A stretch of DNA of 64,000 nucleotides from Carcharhinus amblyrhynchos (taxonomy: Eukaryota), in NCBI GenBank assembly GCA_965287045.1, contig OZ336883.1, positions 41,354,001 to 41,418,000 of the forward strand, written 5' to 3'. The stretch's first letter is position 1. Each line of letters opens with the position of its first letter. A program made the position numbers and the translations under genes. This document shows positions 1-13,553 of this stretch, in pieces. Under the pieces are notes generated by a model. It saw nothing but the letters and a program-made list of their open reading frames with translations. It made no database searches and had not been told where the DNA came from.

Positions 1-59
1 GTTTGGGGTTCTCGGATGCTCTTGGGTGGTCGTGAGATGTTCCATGGCTGGAAAAGTTT

Positions 60-700
60 GAGAAGGCCTGCTGTAGCAGAACCTCTTTCTTATTTACGTT
101 GTTGGCACCCATATGGTACATGATAACTGGATAACTCCAAGTTCATCTTCAGCCCCAAGGACTTGACCTTGGCAATGGACAGTCAATACAGCCTTCATGA
201 TGCAGCTCTTGGCTGCAGAAAACTGTATATATTGCCCTAACAATACTAACAATTATGACAACTGCATTCCTTTAACTCCCCCAACTTAAATGGCCCCCTG
301 CACCTCAGTGCCGTAGTCAGTTTGTTCAAGCTCCCTGCTACCATGTACACAAGCTGCAAGAACCTCAAACCTGTTGGGCAATTACAGAGACTGAAGCTTT
401 TCCAATGCTACCTCCTGTATACCCACATCTGCCTCAGTGACAGTCACACCAGCCTGCCCTTGACCACGTACCAAATTTGAAATACCTAGCCTAAGGGGTG
501 TGACTGCCTTTAGGAACAAAGTACCCAAGTAATTTTCCCCCTCTGAGGCATTGCAGTGTCCTAAGTTCAGACTCCAACTCATCAATTCTAAGTCAAGATT
601 CCTCAAGCTGCAGACTCTTTCTGCAGGCATGATTGCTGTTGATCATGCAGATGTCCACCACTTCCTCCATGCTATAGTTGCAGCACATCACCTGCCCTGT
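60..700 (-). mobile_element. Degraded CR1 ORF1 remnant (zinc finger/coiled coil and SGNH esterase)
   Basis: Minus strand reads QVMCCNYSMEEVVD..NHACRKSLQLEE..LRIDELE and VIMYHMGANN (the VHIGTND motif), with stops and frameshifts. Confidence 0.65.
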
Positions 701-1214
701 CGTTTTATTAACTTCTAACTAATTAGGTTTAGAAACATCACTTGATTATCTGTGGTTATGTAATGGAGTTTAAATAGTTACACCATAAATTTAATACAGT
801 GCCAAAGGGAAACAAGGCTATAATATTCACTAGCCAGTCAACTTGTGCCTTCCTTGTGATTCTTTTCTCTCAAACTTGAGCATGCTGCTGATCCCCTGCT
901 GCTTTCTGCAATCATGACCGTGCTCTACTGCAGCTCTCTCTCTCTTTCTGTTTTATGAAGCATTACTGTCTCCAATCAGGACATTGTTGTTCTTATAATA
1001 AATTATGCGATCAAAAATTCAGTTTAGGATCAAAAAGGATGTTGAGACAGTGGCAAAAGAAAGATTGCTAGGAAGCTTCCAAATACTCATTGTTCAGAAT
1101 TTCATGTCAGCAAGAACTGTATGTTGAGGCAAGCAATCATTAGACAGTTTGGTGATGAGGTAGAGTTGGGTGTTGAGTGTGTACATGTGAAAAGAAAGAC
1201 AAATTTGCATTGAT

Positions 1215-1455
1215 ATGGCATGTTTTATCACTACCGGCCATCCCAAAGTGCTTTATGTTAATTAATTACTTTTGGAAGCTTTGTCACTGTTGTTAAGTAA
1301 AAGCCTGGCAGTGACATAGCAATAATTTGTTTTTGTGGTATTGACTAATGGATAAACATTGGCTAGGATATGGGGGATACCTCCCCTGCTCTGCTTTGAA
1401 CTAGTGCCACGAGAACTTATATGTTCACCTGAGAGGACAGAGAGGATCTTAATTT
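1215..1455 (-). mobile_element. Deu-domain SINE (SacSINE1/AmnSINE1-like) remnant
   Basis: Reverse complement resembles the recalled Deu core (ctctcaggtg..tggcacta..agcagggga..atttatcc) and tail (acaacagtgac..aaagcactttgggatg). Confidence 0.65.
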
Positions 1456-2484
1456 AGAAGGAACGAGACTTCCATGTTAGATTTTTTGAAATGGGAATGA
1501 AGAGATCACTGCAGCTTTGAAAGGGAGGAAGAAAGGCAAACAGTTTACAACATCAGTCAGCATGGAGGCTAGGAAGGGAGTTTGGATGGTTAACAGTTTA
1601 ACGAGAATAAGAAAGCAAGAGATTCATTTCTTGAACAAGATTTACCTGGAATCGGCATGAAGAAATATCGGAGAGGAAATTGCGGACTCGGTTTATGGGA
1701 ATTCTTAGTAGAAACTTGGCTTGGTGGATGAAGTGAAAGAAGGAATCTAGAATACATTGACAATGAAGTCAATGAGTTCCTTTTATTGGTGGAGGGGCCT
1801 GGGGAACTGCAGATTAAGGAGCCAGTTGGTGGTAGAGAAAAGAGAAAGGATTACTTTTTTGGTACACATTTATCTGTGAATTATATTTAATCTTCAAATA
1901 TTCATGGACTTTTTGAAAAGCACTGGTAATTAAGGCAATTGCAGTGCCTAATGTCACGTGAACATGTTATGCCCTGGAATGGTAGATTCTGAATTCATAA
2001 TTATGGTTTCCATCTGCAAAAAATTCCAAATATTGGCTGGATTTGCAAGAGTGAATTCACTGAGAACAGAGAATTGTCTCGGTCACTCATGTGCATCTTC
2101 AAGTCTATGAATCAAAGAGTATCAAGGCAAGGATGCGCAAGTTGATTACCTCCCTCTTCACTCAGTTATAATATGACAAGTTGAGAGGAGTTGAAGGGTT
2201 TCAAGGAGAGGAAAAATTATTTATTTTAGAGAGGTCAGTAAATTATTAAATACAGATTGATCTACCATGTCATACAGGCAGACCATTAAATTAGTCTCAA
2301 CGTGAAGCAGGGGCAGAGGCAGGGGAATAATTTATCAGGGCATGCAGATGTAATTCAATCTCTTTTGAAAGAGAGACAGTCATTGTTTTTCTATGTCCCT
2401 AGTATTTGGAAGTGCTGTGTAAACTTGTTCGTTTGTATTTCCACTTCTCTGAAAAGAAGAGAATGTATTTTATTATTTTATTGG

Positions 2485-2930
2485 TTGTGGGCAATACTGG
2501 CAAGACTAACATTTGTTGCCCATCCTAATTGTCTTTAACTAGGCTAATTTCAGAGGACAGTTAAGAGTCAAATACATTTCTGTCAGTCTGAAGTTCCATG
2601 TAGATCAGACCAGGTCAGGATAGATTTCCTTCCTGAAAGGACATTAATGAACAAGATGGGTTTTTGACAGTTAATAATGAATTCACATTTAAAGTGAGTT
2701 CACAGTTACTATTACCGAGACTCGAAACACTAACTGTGTCTCTCCCCATTTGTGCTCCCAGTCCCGCTGAGTTTATTTAACATTTTCTATTTTTAATACC
2801 ATTACCAAGACTACCTTTCAATTCCAGGTTTATTCAGTGAATTTAAATTCCATCAACTACTGTGGTGGGATTTAAATCCGTGTCCCCCAGAGAATTAGCC
2901 TGAGCCTCTGGATTACCACTACGCCACTAT
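2485..2930 (-). mobile_element. tRNA-derived shark SINE; related copies at ~16075-16225, ~31470-31680, ~46375-46745 and a + strand tail at ~47055-47240
   Basis: A-box-like gtggcgtagtggtaat and B-box-like atttaaatccc at the minus-strand 5' end. Body is shared with the other copies in the window. Confidence 0.65.
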
Positions 2931-3410
2931 TTTCTTCATGCACTTAGCAATTCCCATTATAAATTTCAATACAGAACTCTATCTAATTGAGAAAGTTGAC
3001 AGGATGCCTATAGAATTTGTAAGATTTTTAATCTATTATGGGTACTAAACTATAGCAAATCAAGCTCAGTTACTCAAGCATGCAACTTTTAATCCCAAGA
3101 TTTTAGGCTTGAGCTTCAAATTGGGTTGTACCACGTTGACTACCGTGGTTTAAGAATGGTGCCAACCTGCACTGTCTCAATGTAATTAGGGCTGGGATAA
3201 TAAATAAGAATCTTGATGTATACATCCTAAGAATTATTTAAAAAATTATATTGGTAAAATAAAAATATAATCAAATGGCAATTCAAATTACTTGGTGGGT
3301 GTGATGAGCGCACATTTGAGAAATGGATGTAATTGTGTTTGCTGTTCCCTATAATAAATGTTAAACTAGCATTTATAGCTTTCAAATTATTTGTAACTTG
3401 TTAACTTTAG

Positions 3411-3647
3411 GCCCAGAGTGACCTTGAAACTAAGCTTTCTACTGTGGCTGAGTTGGGGACTAAACTCCAGGAAATGGATCAACAGATGAAACAGATTGTA
3501 GAACAGCAAGTGAAAGCTCGGGCTCAGGATCCAGGACCCAAAGAACAGCAAGGAAGAGTCAGAGAACTGGAGAAGCAGTTAAATGTGCTCTTGCATCAAC
3601 GACTATGTCATTTGGAGAAACTTCAGGAACAGCAATTGGAGCTTCAG
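3411..3647 (+). CDS. KIAA0586: TALPID3 coding exon (phase 0/0), coiled-coil: AQSDLETKLSTVAELGTKLQEMDQQMKQ...RLCHLEKLQEQQLELQ
   Basis: Acceptor ttaactttag|GCC, donor CAG|gtattc, 237 nt open frame. Peptide matches the recalled vertebrate TALPID3 segment [24 protein letters not shown]...HLEKLQQQQIDIQ. Confidence 0.92.
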
Positions 3648-3877
3648 GTATTCCTACAGTATACATTAATAGTTTATCCAAAAAAAGTATTTCTTTCATT
3701 TGGCAGTTTCCAAACATGATAGACATAACATCTAAATTAATTGATTTTTGACAATCCACATGCTTAATATTCTGCAACAAGCAGAACGTTGTCTGGGGTA
3801 CACTGTATTGCAGGCTTGAACAAACAATCAGTGCAGACTGATACAGTACTGCAGTTTTGAGGGAGTAAGCAACTGAA

Positions 3878-4711
3878 CGTCAATGGATGTTACAATTAAA
3901 ACTGGCAGTCAATAAGAGACGAGAAGTGCACTTACCTTGGAGAGTTGTGAGACTTGGAAGAGATTACAGAGATGGGAAGAGGGGAGGCCATGGAGGGATT
4001 TGAAAACAAAGATGAGAATTTTAAAATCAACTCATTGCTTAACTGGGAGCCAATGTATGTCAATCAGTAGGATTTGCTCTACCTCACCACCACCTCTCTT
4101 GACTCCTCCATTGTTGGTAAATTATTGGGCTGTTTATCTGACATATGGTACTAGATGAAGGGTAATTTTCTACAATGAAACATTATGAAGAATAAAGCCA
4201 TTGTTTTCAATCTCTGCTTCAAATTCTCTTCCCTAGCAACTGACTTCATTCATCTCCCTGGCAACAGTCTGAGATTAAGCCAGTCTGTCGCAATCTTCAT
4301 CTCACAATTGATCCCAAGATGAGCTTCTGATTTCGTTTTCATGCCATCACTGAGACTGTTTCTAATATTGACTGACTTCACCCCTGTCTCAACTCTTCTG
4401 CCTTAGTTACCTATAGACTTGACTATTCCAAAACACTCCTGGCTCATTTCCCACATTCTACCTCTTTAAACTTGAGGTCATCCAAAACTTTGCTGCCCTG
4501 TCTTCACTTGCAGCAAATCCTACTGATTGACCTACATTGGCTCCCAGTTAAGCAATGAGTTGATTTTAAAATCCTCATCTTTGTTTTCAAATCCCTCCAT
4601 GGCCTCCCCTCTTCCCATCTCTGTAATCTCTTCCAGGTGTCTCAACTCTCCAAGGTAAGTGCACTTCTGGTCTCTTGTTGACTGCCAGTTTTAATTGCAA
4701 CATCCATTGAC
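3878..4711. repeat. Inverted duplication, arms ~3878-4078 and ~4512-4711
   Basis: The two ~200 bp arms are near-perfect reverse complements. Confidence 0.9.
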
Positions 4712-4935
4712 CTTCAGCTGCTTAGGCCCCAAGCTCTGAAATACTATCCTTAAGCTTCTCCATATTCCTCCTTTAAGACGCTCCTTAAAATCTACTCTTT
4801 TGCCCAAGCTTTTGGACATCTGACCTAATGCCTCCTTCGGTTGCCCGGTGTCATACTTTGTTATACAATGCATCTCTGAAGTGCCTTGAGATGCTTCATT
4901 ACACTGAAGGCACTTTGTAAATTTAAGTTGTTCTT
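4200..4935 (+). mobile_element. L2-clade LINE 3' fragment; other L2 remnants at ~27640-27840, ~35690-36480, ~46750-46950
   Basis: SRLDYSN-like (tagacttgactattcca) and LHWLPV-like (ctacattggctcccagtt) motifs, plus a typical 3' tail. Confidence 0.7.
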
Positions 4936-5630
4936 GTTACATAAATACAAGTTCTTCCTTTGATATAAGTGTATGATGGTGTACACGGTCTATTGCCTGG
5001 TGGTATAAGGACCTGAGTCATTTATTTATTTCCCCCTCCTCTCTCTCAGTTAATATTTGCTCATCTGCCTCCCTAGTTTCCTCATTTAGATTGTTTTCCC
5101 ATCTGCTTTTCCTGCTTCTGGAGGATATTCCTACATAATTTGTAACATTTAAACAGCATCTGCAGTTATTTGTCCCTTTCCCTACATAATTTATTCATAA
5201 CCTTTGAAAATTTTCTCTCATTCTTTCAGAAACCCTTGTGTAATGTGCTAATCAAAGTTCAAAGCCATAATATTGACATACAATTTTTGCCATTAAGAAA
5301 TATGATATAAGTATTTGTCATTATAAATGCTGATTTTAAATTATAAGACTTGTAAGTTGCAACTTGAGAATATGGACAGGATATGTGCATCATATGAAAA
5401 AAATAGATGTTCACAATTTTTAGTTTGGAACCATAAATATTTAAGTATAAGTGGAAACACCTGGTTTGAGAAGTTTGTAAACAAACCTCAAGTAATTGCA
5501 AATCAATCTTTACTTAATAAAGTCAGAGTTTTGAGTAGGAAAACCTTCAACAATGGGTCATCTCTCTGAGCTTCTTGGTAGAGACACGATGTCTACAGTT
5601 GACTCAATAAAGGGCTTAAATTATTCATAT

Positions 5631-6405
5631 GGTGACGATACTGTGCCTTTAAGAAATGTATTTTCGTCATATTTCTGTTTTAATGGTCTGTTCTTACCAG
5701 TATCGCTGGGTCTGTAACCAGCATACTCTCTTGTTACAGCAGCAGCATATTTGCTACAATAAACTAATGCTGTTCTGCTGATTTTTGTGACTTCCCCTGG
5801 GGTTTTGCAAAGTAGAACTTGATTGGGTTAATTGACAGCAATATCAGATGACTGGGTGGAGCTAGGCCGACACAGAGAACTCAAGCTTAGATGCTGCTTG
5901 GAGTTGTGGGAGAGCTGTGCCTCTTTATTTCTCTCTGAAATTAGAGACTGCAATCTGTCAGGAAATAAAACTCTTTCTCTGAGAGTCTGCTGTATGAGAG
6001 TCAGAAGACAGGTGTCTGCCTGGATCTCTGCCCTGAGGTGCTAAAAGGCTGGAAATCTAGCATCCATGTAAGCACATCTGCTTTTGGTGTTAACTGGTTC
6101 AGAGGAAGGGAATTATGTCTGTGGGGAGATTGCTAAATTGGATCAAGAGAGATGGATAGCTGTTGAGAATTATATTTTGTTATGTTTAAGGATTTTAATT
6201 GGTAAAAGTTATGCTAAGTCATTTTGGTTATATTCTAACTGTATTCTTAAGTAAAGTCTATTTTGATAAAAGCTTCCTGGTGGGTCAGTTGAACAACGCT
6301 GGAGCAAAACAACTTATGTTCATCCTAATACCAAAGTCAAAAGTAAAAGCTGAGGTCTAGACAAACTTCATAATATGCTTGGAGCTTCTGATCTGATCCC
6401 TAACA
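5631..6405 (+). mobile_element. LTR-like sequence (probable solo LTR)
   Basis: TG...CA-like ends (gtgacgatactgtgcctttaag ... cctaaca) and an internal aataaa. Non-coding and adjacent to a Gypsy remnant. Confidence 0.4.
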
Positions 6406-6667
6406 ATATGGATTCATGGAACAAAGGAGAGCTTTGGAAATTGAGGATAGTTAGTTTAAATCTCTATCTTGGGCATCCCAGATGTGTCACATTGCTGTGG
6501 AGAAAGATTGCCAGGAGTATTTTGTTTGGTTTTGAGTTTATGCCTGGGTGATTTTTTTCACAGAAACAAATCAGCTTGGGAATAGCTTTGAGAAAGACAG
6601 AGAGAGAAAATGCTGGAACCAATAACAGAGGGCTGTCCAAAATCAAGGGCATTTCTGATTTGTTGTC

Positions 6668-8645
6668 ATAAGAACGTAAGAAATAGGAGCAGGAGTAGGC
6701 CATCTAGCCCTTCGAGCCTGCCCCACTATTCAATAAGATCATGGCTGATCTGAAGTGGATCAGTTCCACTTTCCTGCTTTCTCCCCATAACCCTTAATTC
6801 CCTTGTCTGTTAAAAACCTATCTACCCGTGACTTAAATATTTTTAGCGAGGTAGCCTCCACCACTTCAACGGGCAGAGAATTCCAGAGATTCACCACCCT
6901 TTGAGTGAAGAAGTTCCTCCTCAACTCTGATCTAAACTGCCCCCTCCCTTATCTTGAGGCTGTGCCCTCTCGTCCTGCTATCCTTTCTAAGTGGGAAGAA
7001 TCTCTCTACCTCTACCCTATCTATCCCCTTCATTATCTTATATGTCTCTATAAGATCCCCCCTCATCCTTCTAAACTCCAACGAGTACAGACCCAGTCTA
7101 TTTAGTCTGTCTTCATAGTCCAACCCCGTCACCTCCGGTATCAGCCTAGTGAACCTCCTCTGCACTCCCTCCAAGACCAAAATATCGTTGCGCAAGTGCG
7201 GCGACCAAAACTGCACACAGTACTTCAGCTGCGGCCTCACCAGTACTCTGTACAGTTGCAGCAAGACCTTCCTGCTTTTCTATTCTATCCCCCTCGCTAT
7301 AAAGGCCAGCATACCATTCGCCTTCTTGATCACCTGCTGCACCTGCAGACTGGGTTTTTGCGACTCATGCACAAGGACCCCCAGGTCCTTCTGCACCATA
7401 GCATGCTGCAGTTTTTTGCCCTTTAAATAATAATCCCTTCTACTATTATTTCTGCCAAAGTGGATAACCTCACACTTGCTAACATTGTACTCCATCTGCC
7501 AGGTCCTTGCCCACTCGCTCAGCCTATCCAGATCCCTCTGCAGACTTTCCACACCCTCCGCGCAATTTGCTTTTCCACTCATCTTCGTGTCATCAGCAAA
7601 TTTCGTCACCCTACACTCAGCCCCCTCCTCCAGATCATCTATATAAATGGTAAATAGCTGAGGCCCCAGCACCGATCCCTGTGGCACTCCACTAGTCACC
7701 AACCGCCAATCAGAATAGCACCCATTGATACTAACTCTCTGCCTCCTATTAGACAACCAATCCTCTATCCACGCTAACACCTTACCCCCAACTCTGTGCA
7801 CCCTAACCTTCTGTAGCAACCTTTTGTGAGGCACCTTATCAAACACCTTTTGAAAATCTAGAAACACCAAATCCACCGGTTCTCCTCTGTCTACCGCACT
7901 AGTCACGTCCTCATAGAAATCCAATAAATTCGTCAAACATGAATTCCCCTTAACGAATCCGTGCTGCGTCTGCTCTATCAAACCATTCCTTTCTAGGTGC
8001 CTTGCTATTTCTTCTTTGATGACGGATTCAAGCATTTTTCCAACTACAGACGTTAAACTAACCAGCCTATAATTCCCTGCCTTTTTCTGCTACCTTTTTT
8101 AAACAGCGGTATAACATTAGCCGTTTTCCATTCTTCTGGCACTTCCCCGGAATCCAGTGAATTTTGGTAAATAATCACTAAGGCATCCACTATCACTTCT
8201 GCCATTTCCTTCAGAACCCTGGGATGCATTCCATCCAGTCCTGGGGACTTGTCCACCATCAGTCCCATTAGTCTATCAAGCACTACCTCTCTAGTGACAG
8301 TAATCGCATTCAGGCCCTCAACTCCTACCATCCTTCTATCTTTAATATCCGGCAAACTATTCGCATCCTCCTCCGTGAAGACCGAGGCAAAAAACTTATT
8401 TAAGGCTTCAGCCATTTCCTCATCTCCCACCACTAAATCCCCCCTCTCATCCTCTAAGGGTCCAACATTCACTCTAGCCAGCCTCCTCCTCTTTATATAT
8501 TTGTAAAACTCTTACTGTCCTTTTTTATATTTAGTGCTAGTTTAGCTTCATAGTCTGTCCTTTCTTTCTTTATCAACTTCTTAGTCATTCTTTGTTGATT
8601 TTTAAACCTTTCCCAATCTTCTAATCTCCCACTACTTTTAGCCAC
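6668..8645 (-). mobile_element. 5'-truncated CR1 LINE (RT domain, frameshifted) with (ATAAGAAC)-type tail
   Basis: ORFs 6932-7264, 7280-8035 and 8053-8472 carry PGLDG, QHGF, DFQKVFDKV, GVPQGSVLGP and FADD motifs. CR1 3' UTR and tail at 6668-6760. Confidence 0.95.
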
Positions 8646-10660
8646 TAAACAAGAATGCAGTGAGGCCCATGCTCTAGTGGGGTAGTTCACGATCATGAGC
8701 TGTTGAAGGAGAGTTTGGAGGGTTTGCCTAGTTGGATGGTAATGGAAGGATCCAAGAAGTCTCATCCTTCAGAGAATAGTGTGAGAGTGAGAAGAATCAA
8801 GTTGTTTCCTGAAAGATGTGGCATACTTTGATTTGGTCCAAGAAGAAGTGAAGGAACTCTCAAGATCTTGTAAGTATTGGGGAGTTCTTGGGTGGAAATA
8901 AAAGTAGTACCAGGAATGTGCTGTTGTGATTTTCAGGTTCATAGTATATGTGTTTATGAAATAGTGTTCAGTTAGTGGCATTTGTTTTGTTTAGCTCTTG
9001 TACGTTTAAAATGTTTTTGTTTGAAATGTTAGGAACCATATATAGCTTTACATTTAATTTACATTTTTGTATTTGGCTGTTAAGACAGGTGAAACCTGGC
9101 TTTAGTTTCACTTATATGCTTTTGCGAGCTGGGTGTCAGAAGTCTGGGGCTATATTTGTATACATACATTTTTAATAAGTTTTTTTATAACAATTGAAGT
9201 GAAGAAGGTTCACCAAGGAGTTAGCAGTTTAGTGAAGTTAAAAATTCAAAAGCTAAAAACATCTGGCAACAGGTGTCCAGAGGTATGCTAAGAGACAGGG
9301 AAATGTGGAAGGGGTGGTCTGTAAGATTGAATTTCTCTAATAAAAAACCTTGCAAGCCTGCTGGGAACTGAGTTTAGGAAACTCATGTATTTACTCTGAA
9401 GTTGAAGTGATAGTGAGTTTAGATTGCAGTTTTTGGGTGTCTCAGGGAGAGATACCAGCTGAAGAAAAGCATTTGGTTGTTGCTCAGAAGTCATCTGGAA
9501 CAAAACTCTTCGAAACTAAGCTAAAGCAAGTTAGAAACTTTGGTGTTGAGACAGTAAATCTTCACTGGCATTTTGTGTCTGTAAGGGTTGCTGGGATAAA
9601 AGGAGTAGTGAAAGTTTGAATCATTTTCTGGAAATCTTTCCAACCTTTCTGTCTAGTATAATATAGTTCATTTTTTCTTGTTAAATAAACAGTTTATTCT
9701 TTGTGTTAACAATATATTGGCAGATTCTTAGGTGTTCAGTAACTGACCTCCATGATTTCTTAACAAAAAAAAAATCAGAATCTACTAAGTCAGGTTTCAC
9801 TCTGGGATGAAAACAATCTTGCTGAGTTAAAAATCCTTGACTTTTAAGGATCTGTGAATCCTTATAGAAACAAATACAGGGAGGTATTGGGCATAGGAAT
9901 ACAGTTTGCTGTGAAAAATATCACACAGGTGGAATTCAAAATGGCTTTGACTGTTGCTAAACTTTAATGAGAATGAAAGAAATAACCATAGATTATGTGA
10001 GATCCTTGACTTAAATTTACTGGGAGAGTTAGCACTTAAATTGTCAGTAGAAATAAAAGCAGAATTTTGTAAGGTTGAAATGCTCTTAATTCTAAACACT
10101 GGGTAATTACTTAAGAAGATACAGCTGAAATTGGTGCGTCATAGCTAGAGGGCGCAAATATTCAGTTGCAATTGGAGCAGCTTGTGACGGGGAAGAAGGA
10201 GATGAAAATACTTGAATTGGCGGAAAAAGAGGAAGAAAATTGAAAAAGTCTTGAACTGTAAAGAAAGGAAAAAGAGCAAAAGAAATGAAAATGTTTGAAG
10301 TGGAAATTGTAAAGCTTGAGCTTCAAAACGAGAAAATAAATGGAAGGTCTTCAGGGCTGTCAGTTATTCGGGAATTTTGTTCTGTTTGTTTAAGTCCTGT
10401 TTGTCTCTGGATCTCTGTTTTCTCCAAAAACATAATACATATTTAACCCCAGTTCAAACAGCAAAAAAAGTCAGTCATGTTATTGAAAAGAAATAAATCA
10501 CACAACTTGCCTTGGCTAGAGAAAAGCTTAGAATAAAGAGGATCATGCCAATTCCACTGCACTTTAGTGTCTAAATTTTCAGAGGACGGAGTTGAAAGAT
10601 TTGAAGTGGTCAAAATATGCTTGTACCTTAATGTTAAGGTCCTGTCAAGTACAGCTGTGA

Positions 10661-10708
10661 ATGTGTACACTAGTCCGTTTGAGGATGTGTACACTAGTCC
10701 GTTTGAGG
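10661..10708. repeat. Exact 24-bp tandem duplication (atgtgtacactagtccgtttgagg)x2
   Basis: Directly visible in the sequence. Confidence 0.9.
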
Positions 10709-11949
10709 AACAGAAGTGGTGACACAGTTGATTCTCCAGTAATCAGTTTCGAAAATGTTCTGAAATTGTCCAGAAAACTGTCAAGATGAAAGTAATTTCA
10801 AACTCATAAATCAATTTGTATAATAGACCAGAGAGCTTGTCTTTATCGGTACATCATGTTATTGTGAGAGATGCATCACCCATAAGGCAACATTCCTTGT
10901 AGACTCTATCCAGAGAAGTTAGCCCAAGTGAGGGAAGAAGTCAAGTTAATGTTGGAAAATAATATTAAACTGAGTCACAGTAACTAGATCTCACCTATTG
11001 TAATGGTACTGAAACTAGCTGGGTCACAACGGTGTGTACAGATTATCGCAAAGTCAATGTGATGACAAAAATGGATTTATATTCGATTCTGTGACTAAAA
11101 GACTGTTTTGAGAAAATTAGACAAGCAAGGTTTGTTACAAAAATTGATTTATTGAAGGGATATTGACAAGTTAAATTGACAAATAGAGTGCAAGAGATAT
11201 CAGCTTTTGTCATCCCGGATGGACTTCTTCAATGTAAAGTCATGCTGTTTGGAATGAAGAATACACCAGCAACCTTTCAAGGATTAACCAACAAGACCAT
11301 TGAAGGATTATGCAGTGTGTTGTGTTGATGATTTGGTTGTGTTCAGCCAAATCTGGGAGGAACATTTACAACACTAGAACCAATTGTTTGATCAGTTACA
11401 GAGATCCAATTTTGTCATGAATTTGCCAAAGCAAATGTGACTTATTTGGGCCACACTGTGAGACATGGCCAAGTAGTGCTGAGAGAAACAAAAATAAGGG
11501 CTATCTTGGACTTTCCAATGCCAAAGACAAGACTAGAAATTCTATGGTATATGTGCGAAAGTGGATTCTATTGGAGATTTGTCCTGAATTGCAGCACTGT
11601 CGTGTCTCCTCTGACAAACTTATTAAAGCGAGGAAAGAAGTTTGAATGGACACAGGAGTGTCAAAGTACCTTTAACAACTTGAAGGCTGTATTGGCTACC
11701 AGATCAATTTGAACAGCACCAAATTATGTGAAACTAATTAAACTGGTTGTTGATGTCTGCAATGTAAGTGTTGGTGCAGTATTATGACAAGAGGGGGTGA
11801 TAGGGTAGGGATCGAACAGCTAGTAAGTCAGTTACTTTTCTCAAGAAATTAAATTCTTGCTTGCGGCAATATCTAACTGCAGAAAAAGAGACTTTTGAGT
11901 TTGTTGTTGGCTCTATCACATTTCAAAGTCTACATATCGCTACTTTCTC

Positions 11950-12475
11950 AGGGGCGAAGGAAACTCAGCATGTCTGCTATCACTCTCACCAACTTTTACA
12001 GATGCACCATAGAAAACATTCTTCCCGGTTGTATCATAGCTTGATATGGCTCTTGCGCTATCCAAGACTGCAAGAAATTACAAAGGGTTGTGAATGAAGC
12101 CCAGTCCATCTCACAAACCAGCCTCCTATCCATTGACACTGTCTACACTTCCCACTGCCTCTGAAAAGCAGTCAGCATAATCAAAGATCCCATGCACCCC
12201 AGACATACTCTCTTCCACCTTATTCTGTCAGGAAAAAGATACAAAAGTCTGAGGTCAAGTACCAACCGACTCGAGGACAGTCTGTTCCCTGCTGCCATCA
12301 GACCTTTGAATGGATCTACCTTATATTAAGTTGATCTTTCTCAACTTCCTCGTTATGACTGTAACACTACAATCTGCATTCCCTTCTTTAATGTACAGTT
12401 TTCTTTGTATAGCATGCAAGAAACAATACTTTTCATTATATGCTAATACATGTGACAATCATAAATCAAATCAAG
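11950..12475 (+). mobile_element. Rex1/Babar-type LINE 3' fragment inserted in the Gypsy RNase H region
   Basis: Encodes FYRCTIEN..GCI..WYG and IIKDPxHP..LF..L.SGKRY remnants, ending in an (aatca)n tail. Confidence 0.75.
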
Positions 12476-13553
12476 TATCCAGCAACTCGACAAAGACTGC
12501 TATTTATATGGACCATAATCCTTTAATCTTTTTAGCAAAGTTTCATACCAAGAACATGTGACCATTTTGTTCGAGTTTAATGCTGCAGCCATACAGTTTG
12601 AAAATCGTTCATGTAGCAAGCGGGAACTGACAAAATAATAGCTGATGCTCTACCAAGAGCAAATCTGGAGGAGCTAGAATGTTGTGATCAAAATGGACTT
12701 CTGTGGAATATATAGAGTGGGAGGTGATTTGACTGGGACATGCAGATATAATTTGATTGCTATTTCAAGTCATAGTTCTATTGTTATTTTAGTGTCTTTA
12801 TTTGATTCTTCTATGCCCATATTCAAAATGAAAATAGTCATGTAACCTAATCACACTACAGAACCTCAAGGAGGTTTTTTATTTCTTATGATGGGATTTG
12901 CAAGCCAGCATTGTAGGCTCCTAATTGCCTTTGATAATTGTGCTACATTTACTTAGGCACTTTCCATCCTGAATGTGAATATAGGAATTTACAGTCAAAG
13001 CTGATAGCATCTGCATGCAATTGTAAATTTTTAAGCACTTATGGCATAAAATGCACATTTCAGATAGTATTTAATTTCTTTGGTCACACTAATATAAATC
13101 AGTGGTCCCATATGTTGAAATTCCTATTTTATAACATGCATATTGCTTGACTTACCTTGAGCCATTCACCACAAATCTGTCAGGATGTTATTGATTTCGA
13201 TGCAACATTTTTCAAGTGACTCTATGTAGTAGCAATAAGAGTAGTTTTGATTTTCTATTTATTGATTTTCTTTTCAGTCTGTACAATGAATGTTTATCAA
13301 GTGGATCGCTAGTCCCAGTCTTCTCTTTGGAAATGAAAATTGTTAATTGCTGTACTATTCACAATCTACATGGACGTATCCAGGATTGTTACGATTGTAT
13401 GAATATTACTTGACCTGTCTTAAACTGAGATTATACACATATGTAATTTCTTGAACTTTGCGTCACATTCACTTGCAGTGCTTAATAAAAAGTTAGTTAT
13501 GCTATATTATTATACATTGATCATAATAAGTTATTCTTATGTTTGTCTTTTAG

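Larger units (their letters stand above)
8650..12900 (+). mobile_element. Degraded Gypsy LTR retrotransposon (LTR/leader, gag remnant, RT-RNase H), probably Gmr1-like
   Basis: Remnants DYRKVN, KIDLLKGY, FGMKNTPATFQ, DDLVVFS, YLGHTV, DHNPL and NxxADAL at ~10860-12660, with many stops. Confidence 0.75.
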
